A stretch of 64,000 nucleotides of DNA from Spirochaetota bacterium (lineage in GTDB: Bacteria; Spirochaetota; B62-G9; DRHN01), in NCBI GenBank assembly GCA_016934265.1, contig JAFGTF010000041.1, positions 8,820 through 72,819 of the forward strand. Reading direction: 5' to 3'. Numbering within the stretch: position 1 is the first letter of the stretch; the number at the start of each line of letters is the position of its first letter. Shown here in pieces: positions 49,054-61,058 of the stretch. Below the pieces are notes generated by a model. It was not told the origin of the DNA and did no database searches. It worked only from the letters and a program-made list of their open reading frames with translations. The position numbers and the translations under genes are program-made.

Positions 49054-49764
49054 ATGCAAATCGTTGCAGACCTGCACACACACACCATTGCGAGCGGTCA
49101 CGCGGCCGATACGATACGGACGGTCTGCGAGACCGCGGCACGGCGGGGTCTTCTGGGGGTCGCGATCACTGATCACGGGCCCATGGTTCCGGGAGGGGCC
49201 GACAAGGTCTATTTCATGGCCCTTCAGCGAATGGTGGACGCAATCGACGTCCCGATCAGAGTAATGTCCGGGATAGAGGACGATATAATAAACGCCAGGG
49301 GCGAGCTCTCGATGGGAGAGGAGATTGTGGGGAGGCTGGAGATCGTAAAGGCGGGGTGCCACCCGTTCGCCTGGATCGCGGAGCAGTCGATGAAGGTAAG
49401 AACGGATGCGTTACTCAACGCGATCGCACTGCGCCGTTTCCGAGTTTTCACCCACCCCGTCGGCTCATACTGCGACTTCGACATCGACGCCGTGGTCGAA
49501 GCCTGTGCAGAGGCGGGGATCGCCCTGGAGCTTAACGAGAGCAAGATAGACGACGTTCGAAAAAACCGCTCGTTCCTCGAGCTCTGCGCGAAGCTCAACG
49601 CATATATCACGGTATCGAGCGACGCGCACGTCGCGGAGGAGGTCGGCGGTTTTGAAAGATCCCTCTCGATCCTCGAAACAGTGGGATTTCCCGAATCGCT
49701 CGTCATCAACACTTCGACGGACAAAATCGCTTCGCACTTCGGAATATCATGGAAAAAGGGATGA
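49054..49764 (+). CDS. PHP-domain phosphoesterase (YcdX-like)
   Basis: DLHTHTIASGHA, ITDHG, ELNES and SSDAH. Confidence 0.9.
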   Translation: MQIVADLHTHTIASGHAADTIRTVCETAARRGLLGVAITDHGPMVPGGADKVYFMALQRMVDAIDVPIRVMSGIEDDIINARGELSMGEEIVGRLEIVKAGCHPFAWIAEQSMKVRTDALLNAIALRRFRVFTHPVGSYCDFDIDAVVEACAEAGIALELNESKIDDVRKNRSFLELCAKLNAYITVSSDAHVAEEVGGFERSLSILETVGFPESLVINTSTDKIASHFGISWKKG

Positions 49765-50534
49765 CACGAGTCTGTTTCGGCCAACGCGCCTTCGAGACCG
49801 GCCTTGTGATATTCGACAAGGACGGCACCCTCATCGATTTCAAATCCACCTGGCTCCCGGTGCTCGAGCAGCGTATCGCGCTCATACTCGAACGCATAGG
49901 GACGGAGTATCCGGCCGGCCCGATCAAAGAGGAGCTCTACAGGGCTCACGGCGTCAAGAACGGCGACGGCGGGCAGGCGACTATCGATCCGCACGGTCCG
50001 TTCGCACACAGTTCTCTCAGGGAGGACGAGGTGATCATTGCCGGTGCGCTGTACCGCCACGGCATCCCGTGGCGGCTGGCGAAACGGATCGCGGGCGAGA
50101 CCGCGATCGATACTGAAAAAGTCCTCGACCGCTCGAAATCGGCAAAGATCATACCCGGCGTCAAAGAGACGCTTATCGGTCTGAAACAAAGCGGAGTTTC
50201 GCTCGCCGTGGCCACGGCGGACATCACCGATCTCGCCGCCTCGACGCTGTCATATCTCGGCATAGGCGATCTCTTCGATTTCGTGATAGGGTCGGACATG
50301 GTGAAAGAGGACAAGCCCCACCCGGAGATGCTTTTAACCGTAATCGACCGTGTCGGCAAAAGCGCCGAAAAAACCGCCTTCGTCGGGGATACCGTAACCG
50401 ACATGGAGATGGGGAAGAAAGCGGGAGTGGGTCTCGTCGTCGGCGCGGTGCGAGGAGGAATCACGCCGCGCGAGCATATCGCGGAGCTCGCAGATGTCGT
50501 GATAGACACGGTGAGCGACATCATGATATGCTAA
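49761..50534 (+). CDS. HAD-superfamily hydrolase (phosphoglycolate phosphatase-like)
   Basis: FDKDGTL, KPHPE and VGDT..D...G..AG. ATGA overlap with the PHP gene. Confidence 0.9.
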   Translation: MTRVCFGQRAFETGLVIFDKDGTLIDFKSTWLPVLEQRIALILERIGTEYPAGPIKEELYRAHGVKNGDGGQATIDPHGPFAHSSLREDEVIIAGALYRHGIPWRLAKRIAGETAIDTEKVLDRSKSAKIIPGVKETLIGLKQSGVSLAVATADITDLAASTLSYLGIGDLFDFVIGSDMVKEDKPHPEMLLTVIDRVGKSAEKTAFVGDTVTDMEMGKKAGVGLVVGAVRGGITPREHIAELADVVIDTVSDIMIC

Positions 50535-50748
50535 GAAGGCCCGGACGCCCGTCGCTTTACTGTCACGCACCTCCCATCGATCGTATCCTTCGATTTGAAG
50601 AAACGCCGTTCTACAGGAATGCAGTACCGCCTTCCAGAAACCGTGGACTATAAGGGTATTTCAGAACTCGAATCAGGGGCCTTTGCCGTATTCCCGTAAA
50701 CCGTCCTCCACGGTGCACCAGTAGAATATGATATTGGAACGATACGGG

Positions 50749-51819
<1,071 letters not shown>

Positions 51820-51897
51820 TTACCGCCCGCCAGTCGTCTTACCGCGAATTACTACACGCCTTGTAATCCCCTTATTCTTTCATCAACTGAAAGAAAC

Positions 51898-53157
51898 CTA
51901 TCCTATCGAGAATTCACTGAGCTCCGGCTTTTCGACCGTGTAGTAGGCCGCATTAATCGCGCCTGCGAGCAGCCAGAAGGGGATCGCGGTCTGGAAGGCC
52001 CAGATCGTGCAGTTGGTGAGCTGCCCCACGAGCATTGCGACGAAGCCTGCGCCCATTCCGAGAACAATATACCGGTTTGTGCCGTTCCCAAGCGTCCTGA
52101 TCCATCGACGGATGAGAAGTCCTAATATTCCAAGTCCCGCCAGCATTCCAACGATCCCGTTCTCGGCCCAGAACTGGAGCACGATGTTGTGCGCATACGC
52201 GAACTTCCGCGGGCCGTACATGTCGGAAAATTTCCAGAAGTTGTTCGTTCCCACGCCGAAAAGCCAGTGGTCTTTTATCATGCCCCACGCCTGCCTGAAG
52301 CAGAGGATCTGCGTCCTGTTCTTCAGGCCCGCTATCACGGCCGGCCGGTAGAGATAGTCGTACATTGAGCGAATCCCGTCGAGAGATTCCATCCTGTACG
52401 AGAGAACGACTATTATCCCGAGCAGCACGAAGAACAGAACAAGCCGTTTATAGTCGAAGCAAAGAAGGAGTATGCTCATCACGAGCAGGGCCATCATCCC
52501 TCCCCTGTCCCCGACGAATGCGATTCCCGCAAAACAGAGAAGGAGATACAAAAGGCCGAGCCAGCGGTACCGTATCTTTCTTTGCTGCCGGATAAAGCCG
52601 TACCCGATGCCGCCGAGCATGCATATCATGTCGGGAGTCGAGCCGGTGCTCATCGTGAAGAAGGTATGCCGCTTCCAGACGGCGCCGCCTTTAACAACGT
52701 TTATCGAGAAAAGAGCACAGAGGGAGAAGAGGATAACGAGCGAGATCACGAATCCGAGCGGAACGATGATTCGCATGAAAAAATCGCTCTCTTCGTTGAG
52801 AGAGAAACGCACGTATGCGATCGGAAGGTATATGAGAAGAAACCATACGACCGATAAAAGCGTCGAGACGAGCTTGTCGACCGAGAGCAGGGAGGAAACG
52901 ATGTTGTTCAGAATGAATATACCAAGCAGGATCATAAGCGGCCTGTCAGAAAGAGGAGCTGCGACGAACAGCCTCCGATTCCTGAAAAAGAGCGCCGCTG
53001 TGAACAGCACCACAAGCAGAACCGACGCGTATACTCCGTACCCTAGCCATGAGAGAGCGAACAGCAGGAGCACCGCGAACGACTCGACCCTGTCTTTTTT
53101 GAAATCCCAAAACGTCCCTATTCCCACCAACCCGTTCCCCTTCGCCGGACGCGCCAT
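51898..53157 (-). CDS. O-antigen ligase-family (Wzy_C/WaaL-like) membrane protein
   Basis: Multi-TM; R......A..MI.DH.LFGVG and AHN..LQ..AE.G..G. Confidence 0.85.
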   Translation of the reverse strand: MARPAKGNGLVGIGTFWDFKKDRVESFAVLLLFALSWLGYGVYASVLLVVLFTAALFFRNRRLFVAAPLSDRPLMILLGIFILNNIVSSLLSVDKLVSTLLSVVWFLLIYLPIAYVRFSLNEESDFFMRIIVPLGFVISLVILFSLCALFSINVVKGGAVWKRHTFFTMSTGSTPDMICMLGGIGYGFIRQQRKIRYRWLGLLYLLLCFAGIAFVGDRGGMMALLVMSILLLCFDYKRLVLFFVLLGIIVVLSYRMESLDGIRSMYDYLYRPAVIAGLKNRTQILCFRQAWGMIKDHWLFGVGTNNFWKFSDMYGPRKFAYAHNIVLQFWAENGIVGMLAGLGILGLLIRRWIRTLGNGTNRYIVLGMGAGFVAMLVGQLTNCTIWAFQTAIPFWLLAGAINAAYYTVEKPELSEFSIG

Positions 53158-53177
53158 ACTGCGTTTTTAATCTCTAC

Positions 53178-53314
53178 TTGACAAGTATCAGCAATCGTTG
53201 ACAGTTGAATATTCGTTGATATTTCCGCAATTCTCTAAAAATCAACTCCTTAGGCCTTGTGAGGGTTTGATTTTCGGAGGTTTTTAATCCTCAATTCAAT
53301 TGTCAACGCTGGGT
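53178..53314 (-). mobile_element. MITE-like dispersed repeat, family B, copy 2 (inverted)
   Basis: 26-nt exact match GCGTTGACAATTGAATTGAGGATTAA with 47881-47906, and similarity over the whole length. Confidence 0.6.
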
Positions 53315-53424
53315 GATATATACCATCTACTGATATGAAAAAAGAAACGTACTCGCGCTCCCGTCTCACCCGAACATACCGCCTTCTTTTCCCCCAGTAC
53401 GGCCCGATATGCCGAAGCCTCTCG

Positions 53425-55359
53425 TCAGCTGATGTACTTTGAGTTGTCCTTGTCGTACCCGTTGTAGCCGTCGTAGTTGTAGTTTTTCACGACCCTGCCG
53501 AGCGCCTCCCTGATCCGGACAGGTCCGTAGGTAATAAACCGCGGCAGATCTTCCTTCAGAAACCTATTGATCGCCTCTTTGTCGTACACCGCCCGGTCGG
53601 TCTTGAGAGTATAGATCTTTTCGTTGGCCGTCTTTTTTAGCGATTCCTTTTCGTAGTACAGCTCCTCAAACAGCTTCTCTCCCGGCCTCAAGCCCGTGTA
53701 TACGATCTTGATCTCTTTTCCCGGCTCGTAGCCGTAGAAACGGACGAGGTTATTCGCGATATCCTCCACCCTGTACTGCGTACCCATCTCGAGCACGAGA
53801 ATATCGCCCCCCTGCGAGTAGGCGGCTGCGTTGATCACGAGAACGGACGCCTCGGGAATCGTCATGAAGAACCGCCTGATATCCGGATGCGTCACCGTAA
53901 TCGGCCCTCCCCGCTCGATCTGCTCCTTGAACAGCGGTATCACCGATCCGCGGCTCCCGATGACGTTCCCGAACCGGACGATGCTCGTGTTGACGCCCTT
54001 TTCCCTGAAATAGTAGAGGGAGAAAAGCTCCGCCACTCGTTTCGTCGCGCCCATCACGCTTACCGGGTTCACCGCCTTGTCGGTGGAGATGAGCACGAAC
54101 TTCTCCACCTCGTGCTCATTCGAGAGTTCGAGCAGGTTGATGGTGCCCACGATGTTGTTCTGGACCGCCTCCGCCTCGTTGAACTCCATGAGCGGGACGT
54201 GCTTGTGCGCTGCGGCGTGGAAAACCACGTCCGGCCGGTATTCGCCGAATATGGCCCGTATAAGCGAAGGGTCCTTTATATCCGCAATCTTGAACACGAT
54301 GTCCGTCTCATAGTCGAGGTACGATCTGTACTCATGCAGGTTCTTTATGAGCTCGTAGATCGAATATTCCCCCCTGCCGACCGCGACGAGGCGTTTGATC
54401 CTGAACTTCAAGAGCTGGCGGCAGATCTCCGCTCCGATGCTGCCGCCTGCGCCGGTTATTAAAACCGTCTTGTTCGAGAAGGTCTTCTCTATCGCGCGGT
54501 CGTCGACCTTCACCTCTTCCCTCCCGATGAGGTCGTCGATACCGATCTCCCGGAGCGAGCCGACGAGAGAGCGTTTGTCCAAGGCCTCGAGCAGCGACGG
54601 AAGCACCCTGATTCGAACGTTTTTTTCCTTCTTGAACTCAGTTCTGATCCGAAGCGCGACCCGGTTGATGCTCTCCGAGCCCGCCTGCGGCACCGTGATG
54701 ATGACCTCGTCGATATCGTGCTTTTTGATCACATCCGTAATTTCATCGGTCACGGCTAAGACCGTCTTTCCTCCGAGGATCTTTCCTTTTTTTTCCCTGT
54801 CATCGTCCAAGAAGCCGACCACGTTTTTCTCCATGCCGAGCTTCGCATATTCGGCGAGGATCGTCCTTCCGGTCTCGCCCGCGCCGACGAGCAGGATGTG
54901 CCTCGATGAGCCGCGGTTAAAAACCGCCTTTTCCGATTTCCCGTTCTCGCCGTTTCGCCGCTTCGAGAAGTAGTCGCGTATGAGAACGCGGTAGAAGATC
55001 GTCGCGGCGAGCGTGAAAAAGAAATACATGATATACACGAGCCGCGAGTATTCGAGATGAAAGAACAGTACCACCAAGACGAAGATCAAAAACCCGAAGA
55101 AGTTCGCCGCTCCCAGCTTGTACACGTCACGGATGTTCGAATACTGCCACATCGTCCGGTACGTCTGAAAACCGTAGAACGAGAAGATATAGGCGCCGGA
55201 GAGGAGGATGAAGTATCCCGCCGAAACAAGCGGTGTCTCACTGCCGAGGTCGGGATAAAACCGCAGCACGTACGCGAGCGCATACGCGAGGTTGATGATA
55301 AAGAGGTCCAAAAGCAAATACGGCGCGTTGCGCTTAGTGATCCTGTAGATGTATTTCAC
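53425..55359 (-). CDS. UDP-GlcNAc 4,6-dehydratase, CapD/PglF/WbgZ-like
   Basis: N-terminal TMs; TGAGGSIG, HAAAHKHVP, STDKAVNP..MGATK, RFGNV.GSRGSV and GLRPGEKL.EEL. GTG start overlaps the upstream stop. Confidence 0.93.
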   Translation of the reverse strand: MKYIYRITKRNAPYLLLDLFIINLAYALAYVLRFYPDLGSETPLVSAGYFILLSGAYIFSFYGFQTYRTMWQYSNIRDVYKLGAANFFGFLIFVLVVLFFHLEYSRLVYIMYFFFTLAATIFYRVLIRDYFSKRRNGENGKSEKAVFNRGSSRHILLVGAGETGRTILAEYAKLGMEKNVVGFLDDDREKKGKILGGKTVLAVTDEITDVIKKHDIDEVIITVPQAGSESINRVALRIRTEFKKEKNVRIRVLPSLLEALDKRSLVGSLREIGIDDLIGREEVKVDDRAIEKTFSNKTVLITGAGGSIGAEICRQLLKFRIKRLVAVGRGEYSIYELIKNLHEYRSYLDYETDIVFKIADIKDPSLIRAIFGEYRPDVVFHAAAHKHVPLMEFNEAEAVQNNIVGTINLLELSNEHEVEKFVLISTDKAVNPVSVMGATKRVAELFSLYYFREKGVNTSIVRFGNVIGSRGSVIPLFKEQIERGGPITVTHPDIRRFFMTIPEASVLVINAAAYSQGGDILVLEMGTQYRVEDIANNLVRFYGYEPGKEIKIVYTGLRPGEKLFEELYYEKESLKKTANEKIYTLKTDRAVYDKEAINRFLKEDLPRFITYGPVRIREALGRVVKNYNYDGYNGYDKDNSKYIS

Positions 55360-55997
55360 CTGTCGCCGCTCCTCAGGCCGTCGCGGTACGGCGCGAAGAC
55401 CGAGCACACCGTCCGCACGATTATACCGAGGTCCCGCCAAACCGTCCTGTTTTCGATGTACCGCCTGTAGTACTCCATCTTCTGCGGGAGGATTTGCTCT
55501 ATATAGCAGTTTTCTATGTCTTCCGACGTGTTCAGCAGCTCGCCCTCGTTTCGAAACCGGAGGGACGCGTAATCCGTGATCCCCGGTTTCACCTTCAGTA
55601 TCGTCTCGTACTCGCGCTTGAAACGCTCGACGTAGCGCGGCACCTCGGGTCTCGGTCCGACGAGACTCATCTCCCCTTTCAGGACATTGAAAAGCTGCGG
55701 GAGCTCGTCGAGCTTGTACTTTCTCAAGAAGCGGCCGGTACGCGTTATCCGCGTGTCCTGGCTTTTACTGAGCCCGGGGCCCAATTCTTGGGCGTTTTTC
55801 ACCATGGTCCTGAACTTGTATATCAGAAACGGCCTGCCGTTCTTTCCGACCCGCTCCTGCCTGAAAAAGACCGGCCTCCCCGAGTCGCACCAGACGACGA
55901 GCGTTATCACCGCAAACAGGAGCGACAGCACAAAAACCCCCACCCCGGATAAGAAAAGGTCCATACATCGTTTCAGAAACGTGTACATCAGCCGCAC
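55356..55997 (-). CDS. Initiating phosphoglycosyl (bacterial sugar) transferase
   Basis: KR..D, F.Q.RVG, KFRTM, DELPQL.NVLKGEMS.VGPRPE and KPGIT. Confidence 0.93.
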   Translation of the reverse strand: MRLMYTFLKRCMDLFLSGVGVFVLSLLFAVITLVVWCDSGRPVFFRQERVGKNGRPFLIYKFRTMVKNAQELGPGLSKSQDTRITRTGRFLRKYKLDELPQLFNVLKGEMSLVGPRPEVPRYVERFKREYETILKVKPGITDYASLRFRNEGELLNTSEDIENCYIEQILPQKMEYYRRYIENRTVWRDLGIIVRTVCSVFAPYRDGLRSGDR

Positions 55998-56042
55998 GCT
56001 ACCGTTGGATTGTACCTATCAATATATCAGCATTTTCAGTCT

Positions 56043-57104
56043 TTAACGAGATAATCCTAACTTCTTCGGATCGGTTTTTCTCTTTTTCTGAAACAGGGTG
56101 AAAGTCAAAAGCCCCCGGAGATACCCCGTCCCGTACCCGAGATGGACCGTCCCGAAGCAGTAAAAGAGCGGAAAGAAAAGCCTTATCCCGTGACGCAGCG
56201 CGAGGCGAAACGAGAAACACGCGTTCGCTATGCAGTAGAGTCCGAGCACCCCGCATGCGGCGTAGAAAAACGGTGGCCACACCAAACCGAGGGCTGCCAG
56301 CGCTAGGGGTGAGAGCACGAAAAAAGGCGGGGCGAACTGCCTGACGCTCGACGGCGCTCCCGCCTTCACCGCGACCAGCGGCTTGAAGAAGCCGTACTGG
56401 TGGTACATACGAAAAAGATGCATAAGCCGGTCTCGCGAATAATATATTATCTTTATTTCGGGAACGAGAAATATCCTCCCGCCGTGACGTTTCAGCCGCA
56501 GATTGAATTCGTCGTCCTGATTCCGTATGAGGTCCTCGTCGAAGAGCCCGATTCTGTCGAAAATTTCCCGCTTGTAGCAGCCGAACGGAACCGTATCGAC
56601 CTCCCGCGGTTTGTCCGTTCCGATACGAAAATAGGAGTTACCGACCCCGAACGGGTGCGAGAGCGCAAGCGCGGCCGCCCGTGCGACCGGCGTGTCCCTA
56701 AACGGTCTGGTGATTCCCACACCGCCGACATTGTCCGCACCGAGCTCTCTATGCCAGAAGAGAAGCCTCGATATATAGTCCGGCGGGTATGTCGAATGGG
56801 TATCCATCCTGACGATGTACTCCCCGCGGGCGAGCCGAATGCCCCTGTTCAGGGCGTGGGGGACGACCAGCTCCGGGTTGTCGACGAGCCGTATGTACCC
56901 GTGCGCTCCGGCAAACCGCCGTATCACCTCCCTGGTGCCGTCCTCGCTCATCCCGTCCACTACAAAGACCTCGGTGTGCTCCTTCGGATAGTCCTGGGAG
57001 ACGATGTTCTCGAGAAGCATTTCAATGAAGTCTTTTTCGTTCCTGCACGGTATGATCACCGATACTTTCGGATTTTTACCCACCCGGTTATCCCCTCCGT
57101 TCAT
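56043..57104 (-). CDS. Glycosyltransferase family 2 (ExoA-like)
   Basis: VSVIIPCRNE, VDGMSEDGT, RMDTH, NQDDEFN.R and C-terminal TMs. Confidence 0.92.
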   Translation of the reverse strand: MNGGDNRVGKNPKVSVIIPCRNEKDFIEMLLENIVSQDYPKEHTEVFVVDGMSEDGTREVIRRFAGAHGYIRLVDNPELVVPHALNRGIRLARGEYIVRMDTHSTYPPDYISRLLFWHRELGADNVGGVGITRPFRDTPVARAAALALSHPFGVGNSYFRIGTDKPREVDTVPFGCYKREIFDRIGLFDEDLIRNQDDEFNLRLKRHGGRIFLVPEIKIIYYSRDRLMHLFRMYHQYGFFKPLVAVKAGAPSSVRQFAPPFFVLSPLALAALGLVWPPFFYAACGVLGLYCIANACFSFRLALRHGIRLFFPLFYCFGTVHLGYGTGYLRGLLTFTLFQKKRKTDPKKLGLSR

Positions 57105-58362
57105 TCCCGCCGCCGTTCCCCGGCACCGCGGTTTCCATGTACCTGCTCGTGAGTGCGAGTATGAGAAAGTATATTTCATGTATGAGCGCGGAGAGTGATA
57201 GAAATATAAGCATGATCGAAATGAAAGAGAGGAGCAGGTACCGGACCGATTCGTCCTTTTTGTACAGCCTCACGATACCGCGCAATGCGGAAAAGTTGAA
57301 CCAGGCGAAGAGAACGAACCCGACCGTCCCTCCCTCGACGAGGGCCTGAAGCCACGTATTATGAATGTTCATGATCTTGAACAGCTCTTGGCTGAAATGG
57401 CGGAAGTTGAACAGACCGATGCCGAATAGCGGCCGCTCTTTGAACACGGTCAGTGCATAGCGCCACACCATGTATCTGTAGCTCCCCGTCCTCAGCGATT
57501 CCAGGCGGTATGCGAAAAATCTCGTGTCCCTGAGAACAGCGAAGTATACCGCTATGAAGGCGGCAACCGCGGCGGAAAAGAGAAGAAGTATCTTTCTCCT
57601 TGTCGGCCCGTCTTTTTCTAATAATAGGTTAATCATGAACGTAATGAAAACCGCCCCGATCCCGCCTATCGAGACGGTCAGCAGTATCGCGACGCCGGCA
57701 CATAAAAGCCCGACCGTGTTCCATCTCTTCCTTAAATTCGACAGGTAGTAAAAGAAGAAGAGCGAATCGAATATCACGAAATAGTTCGCGTCGTATACGA
57801 GGCCGGAAAGCCTCGGAATACCCGCGATTACCATAAGGCCGGTGTGAGTATAGCTCGTCGTCCTCGGGACCTCCGACGCCCACGAGACGAATCCGATTGC
57901 ATACATCAACAGGGAAACGGCATTGAATACCAGTCCCGATACGGCGATAGCGCTCTCCAGAGATACCGCCGTATTCCTCTGGAGAACCGCCCTCGCAACG
58001 AAGAAGGCGTACAGCATAATAAGGGTTCCGACGATGAGCTTGAAGCTCGTTCCCTTGTGCTCGGCCACGATAATGGTCGACATGAAGTACACGTAGAAGA
58101 TCAGCATGAACGGCTCATAGCCCAAGATACGAAACCGCCGGATACCGATAATGAAAAGAGGCGTGCACAAGAGAGTGAGAATCATGAACGGCTTCACATG
58201 GAAATCGAATGAAAGCGGCAGCAGCGGATGCAAGTCGATAAACAACTTAAAAGAAAGAACCTGCGGGAAAAAAGAAAAAAGGAAAAAAAACAGGAGAAGA
58301 AAACCCGTGATGCCGCCTCGCTGCGCCTTCCCGTCCCTTTCCACGGTCATTGTCCCCCTCAT
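57088..58362 (-). CDS. O-antigen polymerase/ligase-family membrane protein (Wzy-like)
   Basis: Multi-TM; R..G...D.NY, R...W..A...F..RPLFGIG and HNTWLQ.L.EGG. Confidence 0.8.
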   Translation of the reverse strand: MRGTMTVERDGKAQRGGITGFLLLFFFLFSFFPQVLSFKLFIDLHPLLPLSFDFHVKPFMILTLLCTPLFIIGIRRFRILGYEPFMLIFYVYFMSTIIVAEHKGTSFKLIVGTLIMLYAFFVARAVLQRNTAVSLESAIAVSGLVFNAVSLLMYAIGFVSWASEVPRTTSYTHTGLMVIAGIPRLSGLVYDANYFVIFDSLFFFYYLSNLRKRWNTVGLLCAGVAILLTVSIGGIGAVFITFMINLLLEKDGPTRRKILLLFSAAVAAFIAVYFAVLRDTRFFAYRLESLRTGSYRYMVWRYALTVFKERPLFGIGLFNFRHFSQELFKIMNIHNTWLQALVEGGTVGFVLFAWFNFSALRGIVRLYKKDESVRYLLLSFISIMLIFLSLSALIHEIYFLILALTSRYMETAVPGNGGGNERRG

Positions 58363-59180
58363 CCTATCAGTTTCCCGTCCCAGACGGGCTCACGCATAAT
58401 AAATATCCGACCGATCCTGCTAAGCGCCTTTTTCGGGTGCTGCAGCGCCCGGACGAGCTTCCCCTTCGGCATAAGCCCGAAGTCTCTCATTATCCGCCTG
58501 TACGCCTGCTTCCGCTTGTCGTTCTGGGAGTAGGCGGACCAGGAGTGGTAGAGATGGAGGAACCCCTTTACCCTCATAAAACGGATGTCCGCGCCCGCAC
58601 AATGCGCCTTAAGGAGCAGCGATGTATCGGCGAGGTAATGATCCGGGTTTATCTCTCCCAGCCGCGCCAGCGAAGAGGTCCTGATGATCATCCCTATTCC
58701 GCATAATCCGATGATGCTCTCCACGCTGTTCACCGCGGTCTTTTCGTCGAACCACTGGTAGTTTATCGTCCTCCCTTTCCCGCCCGAGGCGCCGACTACC
58801 GCACGCTCGCCGCCGGTGATGAGGATGTCGATATCCGGATGTTCCCTCATGGCCGCGTACGCGAGTTCCAGCTCGTCTGGATAGAAAATGTCGTCGTCCG
58901 TTATTATTTTTATAAATGACCCGCGTGCTTTCTTGAACCCCTTGTTCAGGGCGTCGGATTCGCTTCTATCCGGCTCGTGCACGAGGAGGTCGATGAGCGT
59001 TCCCTCCTGTTGCTTCAGGACCTCGTAGGTTCCGTCCGTCGAGTCGCCGTCGATCACTACCAGCTCGTCGTCTTTGCCTTTCAACGTTCGCCAGTGCGAG
59101 ACCGCCTTCCGTACCGCTTCCACGCGGTCCTTGGTGACCGCTAAAAGCGATATCCGAACCCCGTTCCCTCCTTTTTCCAC
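58359..59180 (-). CDS. Glycosyltransferase family 2
   Basis: VIDGDSTDGT, EPD....DALNKG and TDDD. Confidence 0.88.
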   Translation of the reverse strand: MEKGGNGVRISLLAVTKDRVEAVRKAVSHWRTLKGKDDELVVIDGDSTDGTYEVLKQQEGTLIDLLVHEPDRSESDALNKGFKKARGSFIKIITDDDIFYPDELELAYAAMREHPDIDILITGGERAVVGASGGKGRTINYQWFDEKTAVNSVESIIGLCGIGMIIRTSSLARLGEINPDHYLADTSLLLKAHCAGADIRFMRVKGFLHLYHSWSAYSQNDKRKQAYRRIMRDFGLMPKGKLVRALQHPKKALSRIGRIFIMREPVWDGKLIG

Positions 59181-59193
59181 GGTTTCGTAATCC

Positions 59194-60120
59194 TCATACG
59201 TTGGAATATTTCTTCTCCACCTTGACGGCCTCCAAGGCCCGCTTCAGCTCTTCTATGCCCTCCTCCACCGATATGGTGGTCTCGTAACCGAGCTTCTTGA
59301 TCTTATCGTAGCTCACCACGTAGTCCCGTTTATCGGTGTCCTCGCCGACGCTCGCGTAGTGTACGTAGCAGTCAATACGCTCCCGTATCAGGTTGCAGAT
59401 CTGCTCCTTGCTGTAGTTCATGGAATCGGAACCCACGTTGTACACCTCGCCTTTCATCGCCCGGGAGTTTTCAAGGGCGAAGACGAAGGCGCGCGCCATG
59501 TCGTGGACGTGAATGAAGGTACGCATGAAGTGCTTTTCGTACACCACGAGATACCCCTCGGTGAGCGCCCTGTACACGAAATCGTTGATGAGCAGATCGA
59601 GCCTGAGGCGATATGACACGCCGAACGCAGTCGCGAACCGGTAGGCGACTGTGGGGCGGTTTTCGAGCAGCATATGCTCCGCAAGGGTCTTGGTCTGTCC
59701 GTAGAGGCTCAACGGTTTGAGCGGCGTCTCTTCGGTACATACGTCGTCCACCCTGCCGTAGTTGCTCCCTGTCGACGCGTAGATGACGAGCTGATCTTTC
59801 GAGACGGCGTTTATCAAATGTTTCGTGCCGTCGACGTTCACCTCTTTCGCCAGCTTCGGCTCCTTCCTGCACGCCGGGTAGCCGACGATCGCGGCGAGAT
59901 GCACCACGGCGTCGCATCCTTTCACCGCGTCCTTAACCGCGTCGGGGTCCACCACGTCCCCCCGAATAAATGAGAACCGTTTATTCCGAAAAAAGGACAG
60001 AAGCTGGTCTCCTCCGTACATCAGGCTGTCGAAAACGCAGACATCGTGGCCCTTTTCGAGCAGCAGCGAGGTCAGGGCCGTACCCACGAACCCCGCGCCA
60101 CCGGTGATGAGGATCTTCAT
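59194..60120 (-). CDS. NAD-dependent nucleotide-sugar epimerase/dehydratase
   Basis: TGGAGFVG, HLAAIVG, ASTGS and YGQTK. Confidence 0.9.
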   Translation of the reverse strand: MKILITGGAGFVGTALTSLLLEKGHDVCVFDSLMYGGDQLLSFFRNKRFSFIRGDVVDPDAVKDAVKGCDAVVHLAAIVGYPACRKEPKLAKEVNVDGTKHLINAVSKDQLVIYASTGSNYGRVDDVCTEETPLKPLSLYGQTKTLAEHMLLENRPTVAYRFATAFGVSYRLRLDLLINDFVYRALTEGYLVVYEKHFMRTFIHVHDMARAFVFALENSRAMKGEVYNVGSDSMNYSKEQICNLIRERIDCYVHYASVGEDTDKRDYVVSYDKIKKLGYETTISVEEGIEELKRALEAVKVEKKYSNV

Positions 60121-60121
60121 G

Positions 60122-61048
60122 TCATCCCTCCAAAACGCCTCTGTAGTATGATATCGTTTCCCGTATTCCGTCCTCGAGCGGGGTGAAGCGGAAATCGCCG
60201 AACAGCTCCCTGAACCGGCTGTCGTCCAGTACCTTCTCGGGCGCGCCGTCCTGATAGGACGTATCGTACACGAGATCGCCTTCGTATCCGGTAAGGCGCT
60301 TGATTATCACCGCGATCTCGCCTATCGAACTGCCGCTCGCCTGCGCGATGTTCACCGGGAGGGTCCGTTCTTGTTTTTCGTCCACCGCGATTGCAAACAC
60401 CCTCGCGATATCCCTTACGAATATCCATTCCCGGACGGGTTTTCCCGTACCCCATATCACGAACTGTGTATCCCCTTTTTTCTTCGCCTGAAGCATCCGT
60501 ATGATCATGCCGTTCAGCGCATGGGTCCGGTTCGGGTCTTTCGAGTCCCCCGGTCCGTAGGCGTTCGGTATGAGGAAGTTCATGCTCCGTATCCCGTACT
60601 GCATCCTGTAGCAGTCGGAAACCACGCCGAGCATCCGCTTTATATTGCCGTACGACCAGACCGACGGGTGAACGGGCCCGTTCCACCACTCCTCCTCCCG
60701 CTGTATTCCCGATTCTCCCGGGTAGGAGCAGTTCGAAAGCGGGTTGATGATAAGCGGCGAAGGGCAGGCGCCGCACACCGCCTTGTACAGGGTGAGGGTC
60801 ATCCTGAGGTTGTCGTTCACCACGTCGGCGGCGAACTCGCTCACATAGTGGAGGCTTCCGCCGTGAGCGGCGCAGTTTACGATCACGTCCGGGACTATCT
60901 CCCCTATTTTTTTTCGTACCGTTTCAGGCTCCGTTAGATCGAATCCGTTTCTCCGTGAGAGGGGAAATGTCTTGTGGCCTTTATCCGCAAGCTCACTTAC
61001 CACCGAACTCCCCACGAAACCGAAGCCCCCGGTTACCGCGATTCTCAT
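60122..61048 (-). CDS. GDP-L-fucose synthase-like epimerase/reductase
   Basis: TGG.GFVG, CSYP, YG..K, N.YGPGD and WGTG.PVRE. Confidence 0.85.
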   Translation of the reverse strand: MRIAVTGGFGFVGSSVVSELADKGHKTFPLSRRNGFDLTEPETVRKKIGEIVPDVIVNCAAHGGSLHYVSEFAADVVNDNLRMTLTLYKAVCGACPSPLIINPLSNCSYPGESGIQREEEWWNGPVHPSVWSYGNIKRMLGVVSDCYRMQYGIRSMNFLIPNAYGPGDSKDPNRTHALNGMIIRMLQAKKKGDTQFVIWGTGKPVREWIFVRDIARVFAIAVDEKQERTLPVNIAQASGSSIGEIAVIIKRLTGYEGDLVYDTSYQDGAPEKVLDDSRFRELFGDFRFTPLEDGIRETISYYRGVLEG

Positions 61049-61058
61049 ATGACCTCTC